Source: a virus (lineage: Duplodnaviria > Caudoviricetes). From it: 60,980 nucleotides of DNA. The notes beneath the pieces were generated by a model. That model was not told where the DNA came from, made no database searches, and saw only the letters and a list, made by a program, of their open reading frames with translations. Location: the IMG/VR virus record IMGVR_UViG_3300000317_000001, positions 1-60,980 of that record. One strand, written 5' to 3'. Positions 59,204 through 60,980 of this stretch are shown here, piece by piece (the first letter of the stretch is position 1; every line of letters starts with the position of its first letter). The position numbers and the translations under genes were made by a program.

Positions 59204-60816
59204 TAGGTTCTAGGCTGTTATGTACGGATGCAGATCCAAAAGATCAAAAAATGTTAATGAAGTTTTATGGAGCATCTAAAACCACTAAGGGAATTTCATT
59301 TCCAATAGAACCCCTTGTTGTAAGATATTTCATAGCATTTGTACCAAGTTGTGAATTATCAAAGGAAGTTCAAAAATTTTACAATGATTTTCTTGTTGAA
59401 TTTGACAAATTGATGCAAATCAAGCAAGGGGAATGGACTAATTACAGTTTCCCTAGTGGAAATAGCGTTTTACCATTAAAAGAACATCAAAGAATAGCGC
59501 TAGCATTTTTTACAAGAAATAATAGATTTATATTAGGCGATGAAATGGGGCTTGGAAAAAGTTGTTCTGCTTTAATGTGTGCTTTTCATAGTTCAAAAAA
59601 AGTGTTAATTATATGCCCTAGTTATTTAAAATATAATTGGTACCGAGAAATTGAAAAATGGTTAGGTGAAGAAGTAGTAGAAACTGTGCTGTGTGATGGA
59701 GACAGATCCGTTAGGGAACTTGGCATAAAATTAAACAAGAGATGGACTATTGTAAATTATGAAATGTTAAGACCTCAAAGAGCAAGAGGTGGATATCCTG
59801 AACTATTTGCAAAGCAATGGGATATGGTTATCATTGATGAAGCACATAGAACAAAAAATCCGAAAGCACAGCAAGTTGTAGGTATTAAAAAGTTAAAAAC
59901 AACTAATATGATTATGCTTACTGGAAATCCAGTAGGTAATTATCCTCAAGATATTTGGCAATTGCTTAATATTTTATATCCTAAGAGATTTACAAGTTTG
60001 TGGACTTTTATTGATTATTTTTGTGATCAGATAGATGCATTTTTTAGCAAAGAGATTGTAGGTATTAAGAAAAACAAGCTTAAAGAACTACAGTATATTT
60101 TACAGCCAGTGCTACTTAGGCGTATGAAAGAAGGTTTGCCAGAAAAAATACATAAAGATATTTATGTTAAAATGCAAGGTAAGCAATTAAAAGCCTACAG
60201 GGAAGCAAAGCAATTTAAGATTAATAAAATTGGAGGAGATTTACGAATTATTGATTCTAAGCTAGAAATGATAATACGTCTGCAGCAAATTGTTGCAAAC
60301 CCATCAATTTTAGAAATTGATGCTTCTAGCATAATTGAAGAAACAATACTACAATTAATTTCTGATATTGGAAAAACAAAATTTATTGTAGGTACTAAGT
60401 TTGTTGTTGCTGCACAAGAGATGTACAATATGCTATTAAAAGCAGATATTCCAGTAAGTTTAATTACTGGAAATGTAAAAGCAGAAATGAAAGATAAAAT
60501 TATTGAAAATTTTAAAAGGCAACCCTTTCATGTGTTGGTAGGAAATATTGATGCCATGAGTGAAGGTCTTAATTTAGATGAGTGTGACCACATGATATTT
60601 GCAGATAAAAGTTGGTCTCCTGCAACAAATCAACAATTTGAAGATCGCATACACCGAATGAATAGTACTCGAAACAAATACTATTATCATATTATTGTAA
60701 GTGATAGCGTTAGTGAAAAGCGTGAAAAAATGTTACGTGAAAAAACTGAAATGCTTGATTCAATATTGAGGGATAAAGAATTAGTTGATGAAATTTATTG
60801 TAGTGTTTTAGATTAA
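59188..60816 (+). CDS. SNF2-family helicase
   Basis: GDEMGLGKS, ICP..LK.NW..EI, IIDEAH, LTGNP, EGLNL, QFEDRIHR. Confidence 0.92.
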   Translation: MQLDVVGSRLLCTDADPKDQKMLMKFYGASKTTKGISFPIEPLVVRYFIAFVPSCELSKEVQKFYNDFLVEFDKLMQIKQGEWTNYSFPSGNSVLPLKEHQRIALAFFTRNNRFILGDEMGLGKSCSALMCAFHSSKKVLIICPSYLKYNWYREIEKWLGEEVVETVLCDGDRSVRELGIKLNKRWTIVNYEMLRPQRARGGYPELFAKQWDMVIIDEAHRTKNPKAQQVVGIKKLKTTNMIMLTGNPVGNYPQDIWQLLNILYPKRFTSLWTFIDYFCDQIDAFFSKEIVGIKKNKLKELQYILQPVLLRRMKEGLPEKIHKDIYVKMQGKQLKAYREAKQFKINKIGGDLRIIDSKLEMIIRLQQIVANPSILEIDASSIIEETILQLISDIGKTKFIVGTKFVVAAQEMYNMLLKADIPVSLITGNVKAEMKDKIIENFKRQPFHVLVGNIDAMSEGLNLDECDHMIFADKSWSPATNQQFEDRIHRMNSTRNKYYYHIIVSDSVSEKREKMLREKTEMLDSILRDKELVDEIYCSVLD

Positions 60817-60818
60817 AA

Positions 60819-60868
60819 AATATATTTAATGAAAATCTATTGATTTTTCATTAAATATATTATATAAT
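60819..60868 (+). promoter_or_regulatory. promoter with -35 at the centre of a 17-bp inverted repeat
   Basis: AATATATTTAATGAAAA-TCTATTGAT-TTTTCATTAAATATATT; TATAAT at 60863. Confidence 0.75.
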
Positions 60869-60980
60869 ATATTTAATGAAAAAAAAAAGAAAGGTGGAAA
60901 AATTATGTCAAAATTTGTTATTTCTTGTGAAGCATTTAGGTGCGTAAAAGAACCAATAGGGTATTGTGAGGAATGCAGAG

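Larger units (their letters stand above)
768..59460. repeat. dispersed decamer family CCCTAGYGGA (extended TTCCCTAGYGGAW), 49 exact copies
   Basis: + copies start at 860,3818,5588,7488,9133,10707,13460,15810,19058,21859,25869,26992,27931,30112,33053,35064,36347,38564,40085,42948,44361,47408,49393,52176,54575,55962,58508,59451. - copies (TCCRCTAGGG) start at 768,2292,3637,6746,9103,10415,13797,15136,18278,19940,21493,22551,24095,24612,36155,44154,48365,52054,52774,55927,57027. One-mismatch variants lie near 34928,42920,57610,59707. Manual count. Confidence 0.97.
2598..60868. promoter_or_regulatory. family of ~20 sigmaA-type promoters TTGATT-N17-TATAAT with AT-rich downstream ATAWA
   Basis: -35 boxes at 2598 (TTGTAT), 7944, 9284, 16502, 17178, 17456, 18342, 21676, 25506, 27008, 29487, 42984 (TTGAAA), 51745, 51857, 52974, 54133, 57488, 58544, 60840, and one on the minus strand at 16434. 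The 17-bp spacer was checked by hand for most copies. Most precede an RBS and ORF. Confidence 0.85.

Noticed and set aside
768-59460. Decamer as a repeated peptide motif or codon-bias effect
   Set aside because: It occurs in multiple frames, on both strands and in intergenic DNA, and uses codons that are otherwise rare.
1715-60428. Many minus-strand and alternate-frame ORFs overlapping long genes (for example 1715, 3981, 10402, 20628, 35160, 46744, 60195)
   Set aside because: They are shadows of well-supported plus-strand genes and lack RBSs or motifs.
60902-60980. Terminal repeat as a biological DTR
   Set aside because: It is an exact 79-bp overlap that cuts through a gene, which is typical of assembler circularisation. 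Real termini cannot be inferred.

Overview
The window looks like a complete, circularly assembled ~60.9-kb AT-rich tailed phage genome. Bases 1-79 recur at 60902-60980. The host is probably a Bacillota/Clostridia-type bacterium, judged from AGGAGG RBSs, sigmaA-like promoters, an amidase_3 lysin and an LPXTG protein. Recognisable modules are: recombination/replication (PD-(D/E)XK nuclease, Sak4-like ATPase, SSB, TOPRIM primase-MCM-like helicase fusion, UDG-PolA, RuvC-like resolvase, SNF2 helicase); a 7-deazaguanine DNA-modification set (queD, queE, folE, Gat-QueC, a TGT/DpdA-like barrel, DUF5664- and MazG-like pyrophosphatases); and a Mu-like head with a siphovirus tail. No integrase is visible. 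The strongest unexplained signals are non-coding. (1) A GC-rich decamer CCCTAGYGGA occurs 49 times by manual count, on both strands, about two thirds of copies inside genes, with close pairs always in the same relative orientation. (2) Nine intergenic ~75-bp tripartite palindromes have a fixed 50-bp half-site spacing, mostly next to a decamer. Also notable: arrays of unannotated Cys-rich microproteins behind promoters whose -35 box sits at the centre of an inverted repeat, several ribbon-helix-helix-like proteins, and a tRNA-like/structured RNA cluster. All product calls come from motif recognition by eye; no database search was run.
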